From Octopus sinensis (Eukaryota), in NCBI RefSeq assembly GCF_006345805.1, contig NC_043002.1, positions 120,032,001-120,096,000 of the forward strand: a DNA stretch of 64,000 bases, written 5' to 3'. The notes under the pieces were generated by a model. It had not been told where the DNA came from, searched no databases, and saw nothing but the letters and a program-made list of their open reading frames with translations. The position numbers and the translations under genes were made by a program. Of the stretch, positions 49,546 through 63,690 are shown piece after piece; the first letter of the stretch is position 1, and every line of letters starts with the position of its first letter.

Positions 49546-49965
49546 AGGCGTAGGAGTGGCTGTGTGGTAAGTAGCTTGCTAACCAACCACATGGTTCCAG
49601 GTTCAATCCCACTGCGTGGCATCTTGGGCAAGTGTCTTCTGCTATAGCCCCGGGCCGACCAATGCCATGTGAGTGGATTTGGTTGACGGAAACTGAAAGA
49701 AGCCTGTCGTATATATGTATATATATATGTATGTGTGTATGTGTGTTTGTGTGTCTGTGTTTGTCCCCCTAGCATTGCTTGACAGCCGATGCTGGTGTGT
49801 TTACGTCCCCGTCACTTAGCGGTTCGGCAAAAAGAGACCGATAGAATAAGTACTGGGCTTACATAAGAATAAGTCCCGGGGTCGAGTTGCTCGACTAAAG
49901 GCGGTGCTCCAGCATGGCGGCAGTCAAATGACTGAAAGAAGTAAAAGAGTAAAAGAGAAAAGAGA
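49546..49965 (+). mobile_element. SINE family B, full length
   Basis: Aligns with the other copies. Confidence 0.92.
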
Positions 49966-50747
49966 GCTATATCTTGAAGGTTCACTGACAATATATATTC
50001 TGTCTCTCTCACACCGTTAACTGTTACTGATCATTATGTTGAGAAACCAATATTCACCCTACAATCAGGTAAAGCAGCGAGTAAGTCCTCATTTTTGTTC
50101 TTATATATATCTTAGCTAAAAAGTAAGACGCAAGAAAAGTTTCACGATTATGCTATGACTCATAAGCAAATGTCATTTAATACTGCATGACTTTATAAAA
50201 TTTCACATCTCGTCCCTATATCTCTTTGTAAACAACAAAATTCACTTTTTTCAATTATTGGTAGATTTTATCTCTTTATTTACGCTTTCCTGTTAACGAT
50301 ACAAGATGTAAATCTTTTAGTATCGTCAAAATGTACTACAAGATGAAAATTCTTCTATTGTATATTTGTGTGTGTGAGTGCGTATGTGTGTGAGTGTGTG
50401 TGTGTGTGTGTGTAAAAACCATTAAGATATTTTTCATGATATATATAAGATCCACTTGATTATACAACTGTATTCAATAGAGCTATACATTAAGGTAATT
50501 TCTTTTAATGTAGAAGGAAATAAATATAATGAATATAAACGTCTTCTTAAAATTACGGTATTCATTTCAATCGAAGTTGGATATGAAAGAAATACTGTAA
50601 AAGCTTACGGTCTATAAAATCTTCGCTAGAGGTTTTGAAATTAACACTGCAGTCATTTGTAGAAAGCTAATTTTATAAGTAAAGTTTTATCAGTGAATTG
50701 AAATGGTATTCGGTGTTCGCTGTGGTGATGTAGGGTTTAATATATAT

Positions 50748-50789
<42 letters not shown>

Positions 50790-51114
50790 TGAGAAAGTTG
50801 GTGTGTGAAAGCACGTGGTTGAATATATAGAAAATAGTAAAAAGTGAAAAAAACTACAGAAGGCTTGTTTTAAAAGGTTAAAAAATATATATTTGAGTCA
50901 TTATGTCAGAAGAATGTTATAAATTTTTTCATACAGTGACATAGTTTTTGAAGAAATTACCGGTTTCGTTATATATATATATATAATATATATAATTCAA
51001 CAATTGAGGGTAAAATTAATTAATTATTAATCATTTCACCAAGTATTCAGTATGTAAAGGGACCATTTAAGGCGAATTCAAATTATTACATTATATAAAA
51101 GGGCTTAGTAAAAT

Positions 51115-51423
51115 AAATTACTTTGCCAATACTGAACTCATTAGAATAGTAGCTAAAAAACTTTTTAAAACTATTTCTAATACTTAAAGAAAATCTCTCT
51201 CATATAGTGTTTGCTCAATTCAACTCACGAAAGTATGGGGGTAAAGACATTAAAAAATCAAATGCAAAGGTATTTGATTTTTTAATGTCTTTACCCCCAT
51301 ACTTTCGTGAGTGAATTGAGCAAACACTATATGAGAGAGATTTTCTTTAAGTATTAGAAATAGTTTTAAAAAAGTTTTTTTAGCTACTATTTCTAATGAG
51401 TTCAGTATGTGGCAAAGTAATTT
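51115..51423. repeat. Near-perfect palindrome (~150-bp arms, ~4-nt loop)
   Basis: Arms are reverse-complementary around AAAG at 51266-51269. Confidence 0.9.
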
Positions 51424-51489
<66 letters not shown>

Positions 51490-51597
51490 TATATATATAT
51501 AAATATGCATATATTTGTGCGTGTATATGAATATACACACAGATATATACTTACATATATGTGTCTGTGTTTCTTTGCATGTGTGAATATGTTTTGT

Positions 51598-51780
51598 CTT
51601 TTATTTCTTTCAGGCACTGGACTGCGGTCATGCCAGGCCACTGCTTTGAAAGGTTTAGTCGAAAAAATCGGCTCCCATTGTACTTGTTCATCAGATTCAT
51701 TTTGCAGAAATGCCAAGTAACGAGCACGCAAACTACCAGCACTTGCCTTCAATCGTTGCTGGAGATATACAGAGACACTC
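51598..51780 (-). mobile_element. Old SINE family B-related 3' fragment
   Basis: GACTGCGGTCATGCC...GGTTTAGTCGAA matches the family B tail. Confidence 0.55.
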
Positions 51781-51941
51781 ATAAAAACATGCATATATCT
51801 GTATGTATGTATGTATGTATGTTTGTATGTATGTTTGTATGTATGTATGCATGTAATATATATATACATATATATATATGCATGCATATACATATATATA
51901 CATATACATACATACCATACATACATATATATATATACATA

Positions 51942-52011
<70 letters not shown>

Positions 52012-52859
52012 TACATACATAACAAAGCAATCAATGGTTGTACGTGAATAGGTCTTCACAGTTATTCAACCATGCCATGGTATTCTACAGAAAAGGAATT
52101 CCTTTATTTTCTATGGAGTACCGACTCACTCACCGCTAATAAGTTAGTTTACAAAATATTCTGATATATTAATGCTTTAGAAGAACACTAAAGTCTTGTT
52201 TTCGATATGGATATCCACTATATTTACAAGAATAGCTAGAGCAATGGATTTGGAACATTCGATTTCAGTGAGTGTTTGAAGAATTGGGGTTTCAGATAAT
52301 ATCTGAATGAAATTCGAAGATAATTTTACCATTTTATATTATGAATGCAAGAGTTAGGAGAGAGAGAGGAATGAGAAGGAGAAGAGAATCGTAATTGAAA
52401 ACAAAGATTTTTATCGATTTTGATATTTTGAAAAAGTGTAGTAGCTGCGAAATTGTTATAAAAGTTGATAACAAATAAGATTGTAGTTTAGAATTATAAA
52501 CGTTAAGTCTGATTATGTTTACACTTTACAGAAGTTCAATAGTTTCTAATGACATCGAAAATATATTCACAAGTCTAAATGAACTGTCTTGTAGTTTGTT
52601 TCTGAAAATGTTGTTCCTTTTCTTTACAAAGATATTCGAGTTTGATATACGATTAAGAGGTCAGCATTAAAGTTTGTCTTGTAGCAAAATTTGTATTTTA
52701 TATTATAGTTATAGTTAATGTTGGTTGTATAAGCATGTGAAATTCATTAGCTGCATTTGCCAGCCTTTTCTATTTAAGACTTTAAAATGGTAAAAAACAA
52801 AAACATCGATAGTAATACCGGTTTCAACTTTTACCACAGAGCCAGCTGTTTCGCCAGAA

Positions 52860-53180
52860 GAGGATAAGTCATTTACATTGAGTCTTGTAATTACCTCACC
52901 GACCACTAAAAGATGAAAGGCCAAGTCGACATCGGCAGAATTTGAATTCACAACATAAAGACGGACGAAATGACGCTAAGCGGTTTCAAATTTTGGCAAC
53001 AGGCCAGCAATTTCGGGGCAAGGGGCAAGCCGATTATATCGACCACAGTGCTCAACATGTCCTTATGTTAGCGACCCCAGGGGATGAAGTGGCATTAGCG
53101 AAATTTGAACTCAGAACGTAAAAGCGAAAGAAATGCTGCCAACAATTTTGCTCATTGTGCTAACCATTCTTTCAGCTTAT
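52860..53180 (-). mobile_element. Two degraded SINE family A-related fragments
   Basis: GATGAAAGGCCAAGTCGAC..GAATTTGAA and AAATTTGAACTCAGAACGT motifs. Confidence 0.55.
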
Positions 53181-53454
53181 ATTTCATATCGAATGTAATA
53201 TAAGCCACCTTGCAACGCTGAGAATCTTTCTTTCTTATCTTTTTGTCAGTATTTTAGCCTTCGCAACAATATATGATATCAGTTTCGATCACAATATACG
53301 GCACACTGTCATCACCTCGGACAGACTAATAACTTCGAAGTAAAATCTAACAGTCGGACAACGCGCACATATGTAATGGCGTATGTGTGTTTGTGTGTGG
53401 AGGAGGGTGGGGTATTTATGTATGAATGTATGTGTATATGTATTCATTTATATA

Positions 53455-55048
53455 TCAGGCTGAGTGAAAAGTAACCAACGTTTTGAAACATAAATTCATC
53501 ACAATATATTTCAACAATGCGGAAATTTTATTCATCAAAGTAAGTACCATTACAATCTACACATTTTTACCAACCAGTTACCAGTTTGTCTATTCAAGCA
53601 ACATAAAAAATAGGGAGTTCTGGAGCTGATGAACTCTTTGAACGCACTTTCAGCATCGGCTTGATTTTTTAACTCCTTCTCTCGCAGGAAACCATCAAGG
53701 TGCTTAAAAAAGTGGTAGTCGTTAGGAGAAGGGTCTGGGGAATTAGCTGGGTGGGGAAGAACTTCGAAGGCAAGTTCCCTCAACTTCTGGAGCGTCATTA
53801 GGGAAACGTGTGGTCGAGCACTGTCATAAAGAATGATTTTCCCTCTTCTGTTGACCAGTCTGGGACGGAGGGTAACAGTTTTTCGTTCATTTTGTCAATT
53901 CCATGGCAATATGTTTCTGCAGTAAAGGCTTTTTCGGGTTTTAAGAAGTTATAGTGGATGAGTCCACAACCAAAGAGTCACCATAACCTTATTTTTGAAG
54001 AGACCGCTTTTAGGGAAAGGTTTTCGGTGCTTCATTTTGGTCCAACCACTGCAAAGAACGTTTTTCATTGCAAGTTACAATACGGTCGGGAAATGGATCG
54101 GTCAGTTTACGGAGAAGAAGAGATGAACAAATTTCATATCTGCGCATTTTCTATTTCCATTTAATCGTGTGGTACCCAGAAGTCAAACTATTTTGATTTT
54201 CCGATCGCATGCAAATGGTTGCTGTTTCTGGTGAACTGTAAGTTCTTTTGCCGGTTCTCGAGCGGTTTTACGTGGATCGTCTTTAACTGGCCGTCATCGA
54301 TGACAGATGTGCATCCACTACGCTCACGATCCTCAAGGCACAGTCTCGAATGCAAAATCATTTAAACCATTTTCGAGGTGACCATTCAACGTTTCGTTGA
54401 TATCGCGAGGAGTTTCAGCTGCTTTACGTCCGTTTTTGAAGTTGAATAGGAGTGGCTGTGTGGTAAGTAGCTTGCTAACCAACCACATGGTTCCGGGTTC
54501 AGTCCCACTGCGTGGCATCTTGGGCAAGTGTCTTCTGCTATAGCCCCGGACTGACCAATGCCTTGTGAGTGGATTTGGTAGACAGAAACTGAAAGAAGCC
54601 TGTCCTATATATGTATATATATATATATATGTGCGTGCGTGTGTGTGTCTGTGTTTGTCCCCCTAGCATTGCTTGACAACCGATGCTGGTGTGTTTACGT
54701 CCCCGTCACTTAGCGGTTCGGCAAAAAGAGACCGATAGAATAAGTACTGGGCTTACAAAAGAATAAGTCCCGGGGTCGAGTTACTCGACTAAAGGCGGTG
54801 CTCCAGCATGGCCGCAGTCAAATGACTGAAACAAGTAAAAGAGTATCGCGCTTTGACAGTTGCATTTCAGATGATTGTAACAAGGGTGAAAAAAGTATCA
54901 ATGTTAATTTATTGATGTATTTGGGCAAGTCTGTGTATGTATTATTAGAAAATTGGCAAAATATGTTTTTAAAAAATTAAAAAATCTACAAAACTCCGGT
55001 ACAGATTCTTCATGGTTCAAAACGTTGCTTACATTTTACTCAACTTGA
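53455..55048 (-). mobile_element. Degenerate mariner (Tc1/mariner) transposon
   Basis: Imperfect ~33-bp TIRs with TA on the left. Transposase remnants KAAETPRDIN, WVPHD, DSARPH and HPANSPDPSPNDYHFF (YSPDLAP-like). Interrupted by a SINE B. Confidence 0.9.
54446..54844 (+). mobile_element. SINE family B inserted in the mariner
   Basis: Aligns with the other copies; splits the 5' part of the transposase. Confidence 0.92.
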
Positions 55049-55496
55049 CATGTATGCATGTATATACTACCTGACGTACCTGGTAATTCCCGAGAAAACG
55101 AGGGTATCGCTTGGTTCCTTTCTCATAATTGTTTCGCTAATCCAGTAACAACAATACAAAGAATGTAGGCCTTAATACAGTTTTTGTGCGTTCACGGAGA
55201 TTACCGAACAAGGCAATCAATAGTTGTACGTGAATAGGTCTTCACAGTTGTCCAAGCATGCCATAGTATTCTACAGAAAATAGGCAGGCGACAACATGCC
55301 AAACGGAGTTAATAAATTTTTCGTAAATAATGTTTGGATTATTTATTTAACAAACTTTAGATTTTCAATATAGATACATATTGAGTAACAAACATGTTTT
55401 AGAGAAAAAATGTACGTATAATATAACACTGCTGATGTGAATATTGCCTTGTTGCTGCTACCTCAAAAACAACATTAAACAACAACAACAACAACA

Positions 55497-55527
<31 letters not shown>

Positions 55528-55530
55528 ATG

Positions 55531-55575
<45 letters not shown>

Positions 55576-55942
55576 TTTTCTGAAGTAGGCGCAATCGATT
55601 CCAGCGCATTGATTTAGTGACCCCGGAGAAAAGGAAGGCAAAGTTGCCTGCGACAATATTTTAACTCGGAATGTAAAGAGCAGGTAAATACCGTAAAGTA
55701 TTGGGGCATTCTAAATACCGCAAGTTAATTTTCTCAACGCCCCAATTATTCTTCTAAACGACCACCAAAATTTGCAACAACAATTGAGGTTGAAGACCTA
55801 AAATTTGAATTTGGGAATAGTCTATTATATTCACCCAAGTACTTGACAAGAACTTCATTTATAGACCGCGGAGGAATGAGGAAACTTTACGTAGACTGGG
55901 TTTCAACTCAAATCTCAGGAACACAAATATTGTCTAAATATA

Positions 55943-56334
55943 TCTCTCTCTTTGCACTCCGTCGGTTACGACGATGAGGGTTCCGGTTGATCCGAATCAA
56001 CGGAACAGCCTGCTCGTGAGATTAACGTGTAAGTAGCTGAGCGCTCCACAGACACGTGCACCCTTAACGTAGTTCTCGGGGATATTCAGCGTGACACAGA
56101 GAGTGACAAGGCCGGACCTTTGAAATACAGGTACAACAGAAACAGGAAGTAAGAGTGAGAGAAAGTTGTGGTGAAAGAGTAGAGCAGGGATCACCACCAT
56201 CCCCTGCCGGAGCCTCGTGGAACTTTTAGGTGTTTTCGCTCAATAAACACTCACAACGCCCGGTCTGGGAATCGAAACCGCGATCCTATGACCGCGCGTC
56301 CCCTGCCCTAATCACTGGGCCATTGCGCCTCCAC
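55943..56334 (-). mobile_element. SINE family C, full length, tRNA-derived
   Basis: A box TGGCCCAGTGA, B box GGTTTCGATTCC; 12-bp TSD TGTCTAAATATA (55931-55942, 56335-56346). Confidence 0.9.
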
Positions 56335-57014
56335 TGTCTAAATATAACATCAGCTTAAAGAAAAACTGTTTATTGTCAACTCTCTTTGGACAGTTATAGC
56401 TACTTTAAGTTTGGATATTCCCCAAAATTACTTGCTATTGTGAAAACTTGACAGTCGACAATTCCAAAGCAAATTCTCTCAGTCGACATTTCAAACCTCT
56501 TGAAATTAATCAAAAGTTTCAAAAAGTTTTGATAAGAAACAATTTTTTTTCTTTTGATTAGAATTCAATATAGATAAAACACTAAATTAGTCTATTGATT
56601 ATCTGTAGTTATAGCAAGATTCATTTACATGTTGCGTTGTAATAAAAATAGTGGAAGGAAGCTTATAAGGTAAAACAATCATGTATAACTAACAAAATAT
56701 AGTCTAAAATGAAAGTGAATCGTTAATTTAATTTGATATTCTCTAGAGGAAGCTGCTATTTTCTCTTCATTCTGTTTACACCTCATTTACTCTGACAATT
56801 ATTTACTTTTACAAATATCTTAAAAGTGTTTGGAGATTATTCTAGTTCTAAAGATTTCAAATATTCAAATCCTGCTTATTTTAATGATTTCACCTTCGGC
56901 AATATTCCATTAATACGTTTAGTTGTCTACAAAATATTAGATATCTTGCTTCATCTCCATAAACGCGTAAAACTTTACTCCTGTTAGCCATGTCATATGA
57001 TGCATTTTTCATAT

Positions 57015-57313
57015 TGTTTATTGAGCGAAAACACCTAAAGCTCCACGAGGCTCCGGCAGGGGATGGTGGTGATCCCTGCTCTACTCTTTCACCACAACTT
57101 TCTCTCACTCTTACTTCCTGTTTCTGTTGTACCTGTATTTCAAAGGGCCGGCCTTGTCACTCTCTGTGTCACGCTGAATATCCCCGAGAACTACGTTAAG
57201 GGTACACGTGTCTGTGGAGTGCTCAGCCACTTACACGTTAATTCCACGAGCAGGCTGTTCCGTTGATTCGGATCAACCGGAACCCTCGTCGTCGTAACCG
57301 ACGGAGTGCTTCC
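57015..57313 (+). mobile_element. SINE family C, 5'-truncated
   Basis: 18-bp TSD ATGA(T/G)GCATTTTTCATAT (56997-57014, 57314-57331). Confidence 0.9.
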
Positions 57314-57584
57314 ATGAGGCATTTTTCATATATCTTATATTTCGCTATAGTACGTGTATGTTACAGTGTGGCTGGAAAAGGCGCTTCCCTCAAAGAAATC
57401 TTCCTGTTTTTGCTAATAGGTGACTTGAAAAGATAACGTTCAATTTTCTTTAAAATATAAGGAATTTTATATTTGGCGAGCATGTTATTAGCACATCTAA
57501 CTGAGCTACAATTCTGCAATAGTCCTTATGAACTGAACCAATCACTCCAGTCAATGTATTCATCTTAAATAATCATTTCTGCTG

Positions 57585-57780
57585 GAAGCACAAGGCCTCG
57601 CACTTGGGGGAAGGGATTACATCGATTACATCGACTCCAGTGCGTAACTGGTACTAAATTTATCGACCCTGAAAGGCAAAGTTGACCCCGACGGAATTTG
57701 AAGTCAGATCGTAGCGACGGGCGAAATACTGCTAAGCATTTCGTCGAGTGTGCTAACGATTCTGCCAGCTAGCCACCTAG
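57585..57780 (-). mobile_element. SINE family A variant
   Basis: Head and core match 10316-10550; the tail differs. Confidence 0.75.
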
Positions 57781-58509
57781 TCATCTTAAATATTATTTTC
57801 TCACAAGACTCTGAAATGCCTAGGAGTATATTGATGCATTATTTCTTAATAGAAAACGTCACGTGATATTTCCTGAATTATCAAAGGACGAAAATATACA
57901 TTTCCGGGTTACAGACGAAAAAATTAGGAATTTATGACGTTCATTCCTGGGCCAAGAACATTACTAATATAAATAATTTTCTCTCTGTAGATCGCCCCCC
58001 CCCCAGCTTATGCCACTGGTATATGCTTTCGAATAAATGCTTCAGTTTAACTAGAAGAAAATACAATTATGTTGTGAGATGTTATGATCGAGTCCCAAAT
58101 ATGTAACATTTTCTAACACTTGCGGTGGTGTTGGTGGGAGGGGGAGGAATTTCTTAAAACATTAAAGAATTAATTGATGATTGGATTCTGCCCACTAAAG
58201 ATATAAAGGAATGCCAATCCTTCATCAACGCGTTTCCCAATAAACCTTCAATTGTATTAGAATAAACATAATTATTTATCCATTCGAGTTAATATTTTAT
58301 TAGTTATGTTTAACTGTCCTCTGTAATATGAACAAAATATTAAGTTTTCGGATCTGTTAACCCATTATTTCAATAAACTTAATTGGGACTGGATAAGGGC
58401 TCCGCGGCGCTGCACATCAACTAAACGTTGTGAATTCAAAGATTCGTGTATCTCATCACAATATGTTCGTTACAGTGAATTACTATAAAAATGTAAAATT
58501 GTAATACTT

Positions 58510-58760
58510 TACGCAGCACCTTGGGCAAGTCTCTTCTTCCACAGCCCCTGGACCAATAAATGTTTCATATGTGAATTTGGTAGAAGGAAACATTGTGAAG
58601 CCAGTTGTTTGTCATCTCAACCCGCTTAGTTTGTTTACGTCCCTGTTGCATAGTGACCCGGCAAAAGTGACTCATAGAATTGCAAGACTTAAAAAAATGA
58701 CATAACCGCTGGTGTCGATTTGGCTTCAGTCAAATAACTGAAACGAGAAAAAAATGAAAG
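58510..58760 (+). mobile_element. Degraded SINE family B
   Basis: CACCTTGGGCAAGT...CAGTCAAATAACTGAAAC. Confidence 0.6.
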
Positions 58761-59319
58761 ATAATATTTCGATTACACTTAATAATTCAATGATGTAAAA
58801 GCATGTCAATAAATGTGATAACTAATGAAGAATTAAGCATATACATAACGACATGTGGTGCTTACACATTCACAGTATATGCAACGAATTCTTAAAAGAA
58901 ACCTCCATTTCTGTTTATTAGTAATTTATAAAAACAACAGACACGTATTTCAGTGGTTAGACAAGAAACACTGTTCCTCATATCAATATGAAAGGAAGGA
59001 CCATGCCAAAAAGTCAAGATCTTAACCACTCGAGCATTACCAATGACTTTAACTATTAAATAAACCAGCCTATGAAGTGTTCTCGACGTGGTCAGAACCT
59101 GCTAGAAATAGTTGCTAAATTTCCTTCGAATAACATCCAACCAACTTTAAAAAAGAAAGGTCGCTTCGAATTATGGAGTCTTAAATAGTGTATATCTTCA
59201 ATAAAAGATGAATGTTCATACCTGAAAAACATACCTGAAAAACATTTTTCTACAAGCCTGATCAATGGTAGCGGGCTTGAGACTCATCAACAATAACTAT
59301 GAATAAAAGTATCGAATAT

Positions 59320-59552
59320 ACTCTTTTTTACTCTTTTTACTCTTTTACTTGTTTCAGTCATTTGACTGCGGCTATGCTGGAGCACCGCCTTTAGTCGAGC
59401 AAATCGACCCCGGGACTTATTCTTTTTGTAAGCCCAGTACTTATTCTATCGGTCTCTTTTTGCCGAACCGCTAAGTGACGAGGACGTAAACACACCAGCA
59501 TCGGTTGTCAAGCAATGCTAGGGGGACAAACACAGACACACAAACACACACA

Positions 59553-59624
<72 letters not shown>

Positions 59625-59789
59625 CGACGGGCTTCTTTCAGTTTCCGTCTACCAAATCCACTCACAAGGCTTTGGTCGGCCCGAGGCTATAGCAGAAGAC
59701 ACTTGCCCAAGATGCCACGCAGTGGGACTGAACCCGGGACCACGTGGCTGGTTAGAAAGCTACTTACCACACAGCCGCTCCTGCGCCTA
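59320..59789 (-). mobile_element. SINE family B, full length
   Basis: Aligns with the other copies. Confidence 0.92.
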
Positions 59790-60060
59790 TCGTGATATTG
59801 CATGGAATATCATTGCACACTCACGTTTTTTAGCACAGCATCATATTACTGTTCCAGCAGTATTCATTTCATGTTTTGATAGGCTGTTTAGACTTGAATT
59901 CAGATCTATCATTGGTTTCTATGTTTCAATGAGTATGTGTGTACATGGCAGGGAAGGATTTATTGCAAAATTATTTTCGTTTCTGTGAACAGATGTAAGC
60001 GTATCAGTATGTTATCAGAGTTTATGGATTTCAAATTCCATATTGCTAGTAAATAATTTA

Positions 60061-60095
<35 letters not shown>

Positions 60096-62067
60096 ATATG
60101 TATGTATGCATGTATGTATGTATGTATGCATGTATAGATATATACAGAGAGAGAGAGAGAGAGAGAGAAAGTTAGATAAATATATAGATAGGTAAATAGA
60201 TAAATAGATAGACAGAGAGATTGTGCCCGTATTATTTTATATGTGCGTGTGCATACACATATTGTATACATATACATACATACATATACATACATATATA
60301 TATATATATGCATATGTATATATATATATACATATATATATACATATATATGTATGTATATATATATTATTTAGTGTGCATTATATTCTCTATTATAGGT
60401 ACTTCTGAGGAATCTTTGCGTATGCCTTATTCTCTAGTGGCATCAAAAGTATCTTTATTCTAGTGATGTCCATTGTATGTTATTGAAGTCAATGCTTTCA
60501 ATTAATTCATCCTTTTTAGTAATTCTGGAGCCACTAAAATCAGTTTTATCTCCACGTAAGTTTGGCACGCTCCGACTGATCTTATTGCTATCTACATAAT
60601 TTCCAACAAAAGATGCATCAACAACTAATGCCTATAGGTTCCTAAAAGATGATGTTGTAGAAAGATATTCACCTAATTACGCATAGAATATCGCTAGGTT
60701 TCCAAATAATAAAGTAAGAATATGTTGCAAACTTGAACGGATCAGTTAATGTAACTAAGCAGTGAAGAATGTGTCACTATGTGATAATAGCATAACTTTC
60801 GTATCTTCTCTCAGTAAATTTCGCAATGCTATAAGGCTCTCGGTTATTTCACCTGACAATGTATCTAGGGGAAAATATTGTATATCTTTATGGGCAATTC
60901 TAGTATTGGAGATTTAATTTAGATTACAGAGAAATATGCCCGAATGCAGATTGAAATATGACATACAAAAGTGAACTTCTTTGTCTCTTGCTTTTTGCAT
61001 GAAACACTGGAAACACTATTCTGTTGCCTTTTGAATACATGAAACGCTGACTTGCTGCTACTGTTATTGCAAACCTACCAAGTTCATGCATAATATACGC
61101 AATGAAATATTTTATTTGTTCTTTATTGATTTCATTCAGTAATTCCCAGCGTATATATTGGCAACGTATTGTTGTTATTTATAAATTAGAAAATTCTATA
61201 AGTTTTTACATATTTACCAGTTGGAATGCAAATGGGAAAGTATTCAATTTTAAAGAAAAATTATATATTTTTACTTTAGAATATTATTTAGACTATTTTA
61301 TAACTGTTATTGTGTCTATAGATTTTAATGGAGATGGTGTAGAAGAAATTACTGTCATAATTATTAACGATACATCCCTTATATGTGCGAGGAGTAGAAA
61401 TTAACTTGCATTTAGTTAATTCACAAATCGTTTCCTTATTTATATCGTTGATTGGACACAAAACATTTTGATATTTGTTTACAATTGAAGCAGACAATAG
61501 AAATTTGGTTAACGAAGCACATAGCAACGTGAAGCTCATAGCGAAGTTTCCTCGTATTTTTTTTACTAAACTTTACGATGTTGATTTCTAGCATGGAATG
61601 AATGCATTTATAAAAAGAAAGACTGCTTGTGTGTCATAACTTTGAAAAATTTGCAATATCATTGATACCTTAAAAAACGTTAAAGTCAGGGTATCTACAC
61701 CTAACTACGTGGTTTATAAAATTATAGTTATTTTGGTTCTCCATTCAATAAATGTAAATCATGAACTGGTGTCTACCAGGTTTAGAAGAAAATCCTGATA
61801 TACATACTCAACCCCAGAAAGTGTGTTTACGCATGTACGTGTTTATAACTTGAACGTACTTTTTGAATACGTAAGGAAGTAATAAGTCCACTCAGCGTTG
61901 TAAAATTTCACAAGGCAAAATTTGCAACATCAATCCGTCCAGGCGGAATTAAATCTGATATACTATGGAATCCATGAAATGCTTGCGTTTATTTTAATCT
62001 ATTAAGGATCCGCTTCCCATAAATATTGAAATGTAATAATTCAATGGAACAATTTTTTTTTTTTTTT

Positions 62068-62470
62068 TTTTACTTGTTTCAGTCATTTGACTGCGGCCAT
62101 GCTGGAGCACCGCCTTTGTCGAGCAGATCGACCCCGGGACTTATTCTTTGTAAGCCCAGCACTTATTCTATCGGTCTCTTTTTGCCGAACCGCTAAGTGA
62201 TGGGGACATGAACATACCAGCATCGGTTGTCGAGCAATGCTAGGGGGACAAACACAGACACACAAACACATACACACACACTTACATATATATATATATA
62301 CATATATACGACAGGCTTCTTTCAGTTTCCGTCTACCAAATCCACTCACAAGGCATTGGTCGGCCCGAGGCTATAGTAGAAGCCACTTGCCCAAGGTGCC
62401 ACGCAGTGGGATTGAACCCGGAACCATGTGGTTGGTTAGCAAGCTACTTACCACACAGCCACTCCTGCGC
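62068..62470 (-). mobile_element. SINE family B, full length, with a poly(A)-like tail
   Basis: Aligns with the other copies; adjacent T-run on the plus strand. Confidence 0.92.
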
Positions 62471-63204
62471 CATGATAGATGACAGTCTGCGATTCGGAGC
62501 TCGAATCAAGAAATTCATTACTATATTTCATACAAACAGACATTAAAGCTTCCTGAACATCGTAATACTAATACTCCTTAACTTGAACCTATTTTCTCCC
62601 TCAATCATCTTGCTATTTCTGGTTTCGAAGAAGCCTTATACTTTCATTCAATCAAATTAACTCTCATGCTATAATCTCAGTGATCAGATGCGCTTAAAAA
62701 TTCGTAACATTATCCGGTAAATTAGCTACAAATCTCGCTTGAACTATAACAGTATAACACTCATGCTATCAATCAGTGACATCTCCAATAAAACATAACA
62801 GGAAGGATTTTCTAATTGTGTAATAAATGAAAATTCTAATGAAATTTTAGTTATTAGCTCTTATCATTGTCAGTAAAGAATGATAGGTCCACGCAGACTC
62901 TTTATCGACAATTTTGGAAACAGCAATGTGTATAACATTTATATACATATGTGTGTGTGTGTGTGTGGGGGGGTATAATTAAAAAGGAATATAAGAATAT
63001 ATATTACGAAGGATATATCATAAACAAGTAATAATTATTAATTAATATATCAGTGGTTAAACATGTAATAATAAATTAGATAAAAGAAGAGTGTAATTAT
63101 GAATAAATCACAAATATAACGGAGTGGGTTTCAAAAACACCTACATGTTTAGAAATAGCAATCAAAAGCCACTATAAAACCTCTATTATCACTCATATTT
63201 TATC

Positions 63205-63690
63205 TCCTTCCAATAAAGCCATCAGACTGCAGCCAAGCTGGAGCACTGCGTTAAAGGGTTTTAAAGGAACAAATCAACCCCAGGACTTATTCATTGTAAG
63301 CCTAGTACTTATTATATCGGTCACTTTTGCCAAATCGCTGGGTTACGGGAACATAAACACACCAGTAACGATTGTCAAGCGACGATGGGGCGGACAAACA
63401 GAGACACAAAGACACATACACATAAATATGCGTATATATATATGTGTGTGTGTATGTGTATGTGTGTGTGTGCACGTGCGCGTGTGCGTGTGTGTGTGTT
63501 TGTTTGTATATATATATATATATATACACCGGGATTCTTTTAGTTTCCATCTACAAAATCCTCTCTCAAGATTTTGGTCAGCCCAAGGATATAGTGGAAG
63601 ACACTTAACCAAGATGCCACGCAGTGGGACTGAATCCAGAACCATGTCGCTGGGAAGCAAGCTTCTTACCACACAGACATGCATGCGACT
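63205..63690 (-). mobile_element. SINE family B, older diverged subfamily
   Basis: Same layout with many substitutions. Confidence 0.8.

Noticed and set aside
52020-55285. ~75-bp direct repeat (52024-52095 and ~55210-55281) resembling duplicated exons after TTTTCTGTAG
   Set aside because: The frames close quickly, and the second copy adjoins a Helitron-like 3' end at ~55065, so these are more likely repeat fragments.
55943-56334. tRNA genes (A/B boxes here and in SINE B heads)
   Set aside because: No complete cloverleaf is evident; the boxes belong to SINE heads with TSDs or tails.
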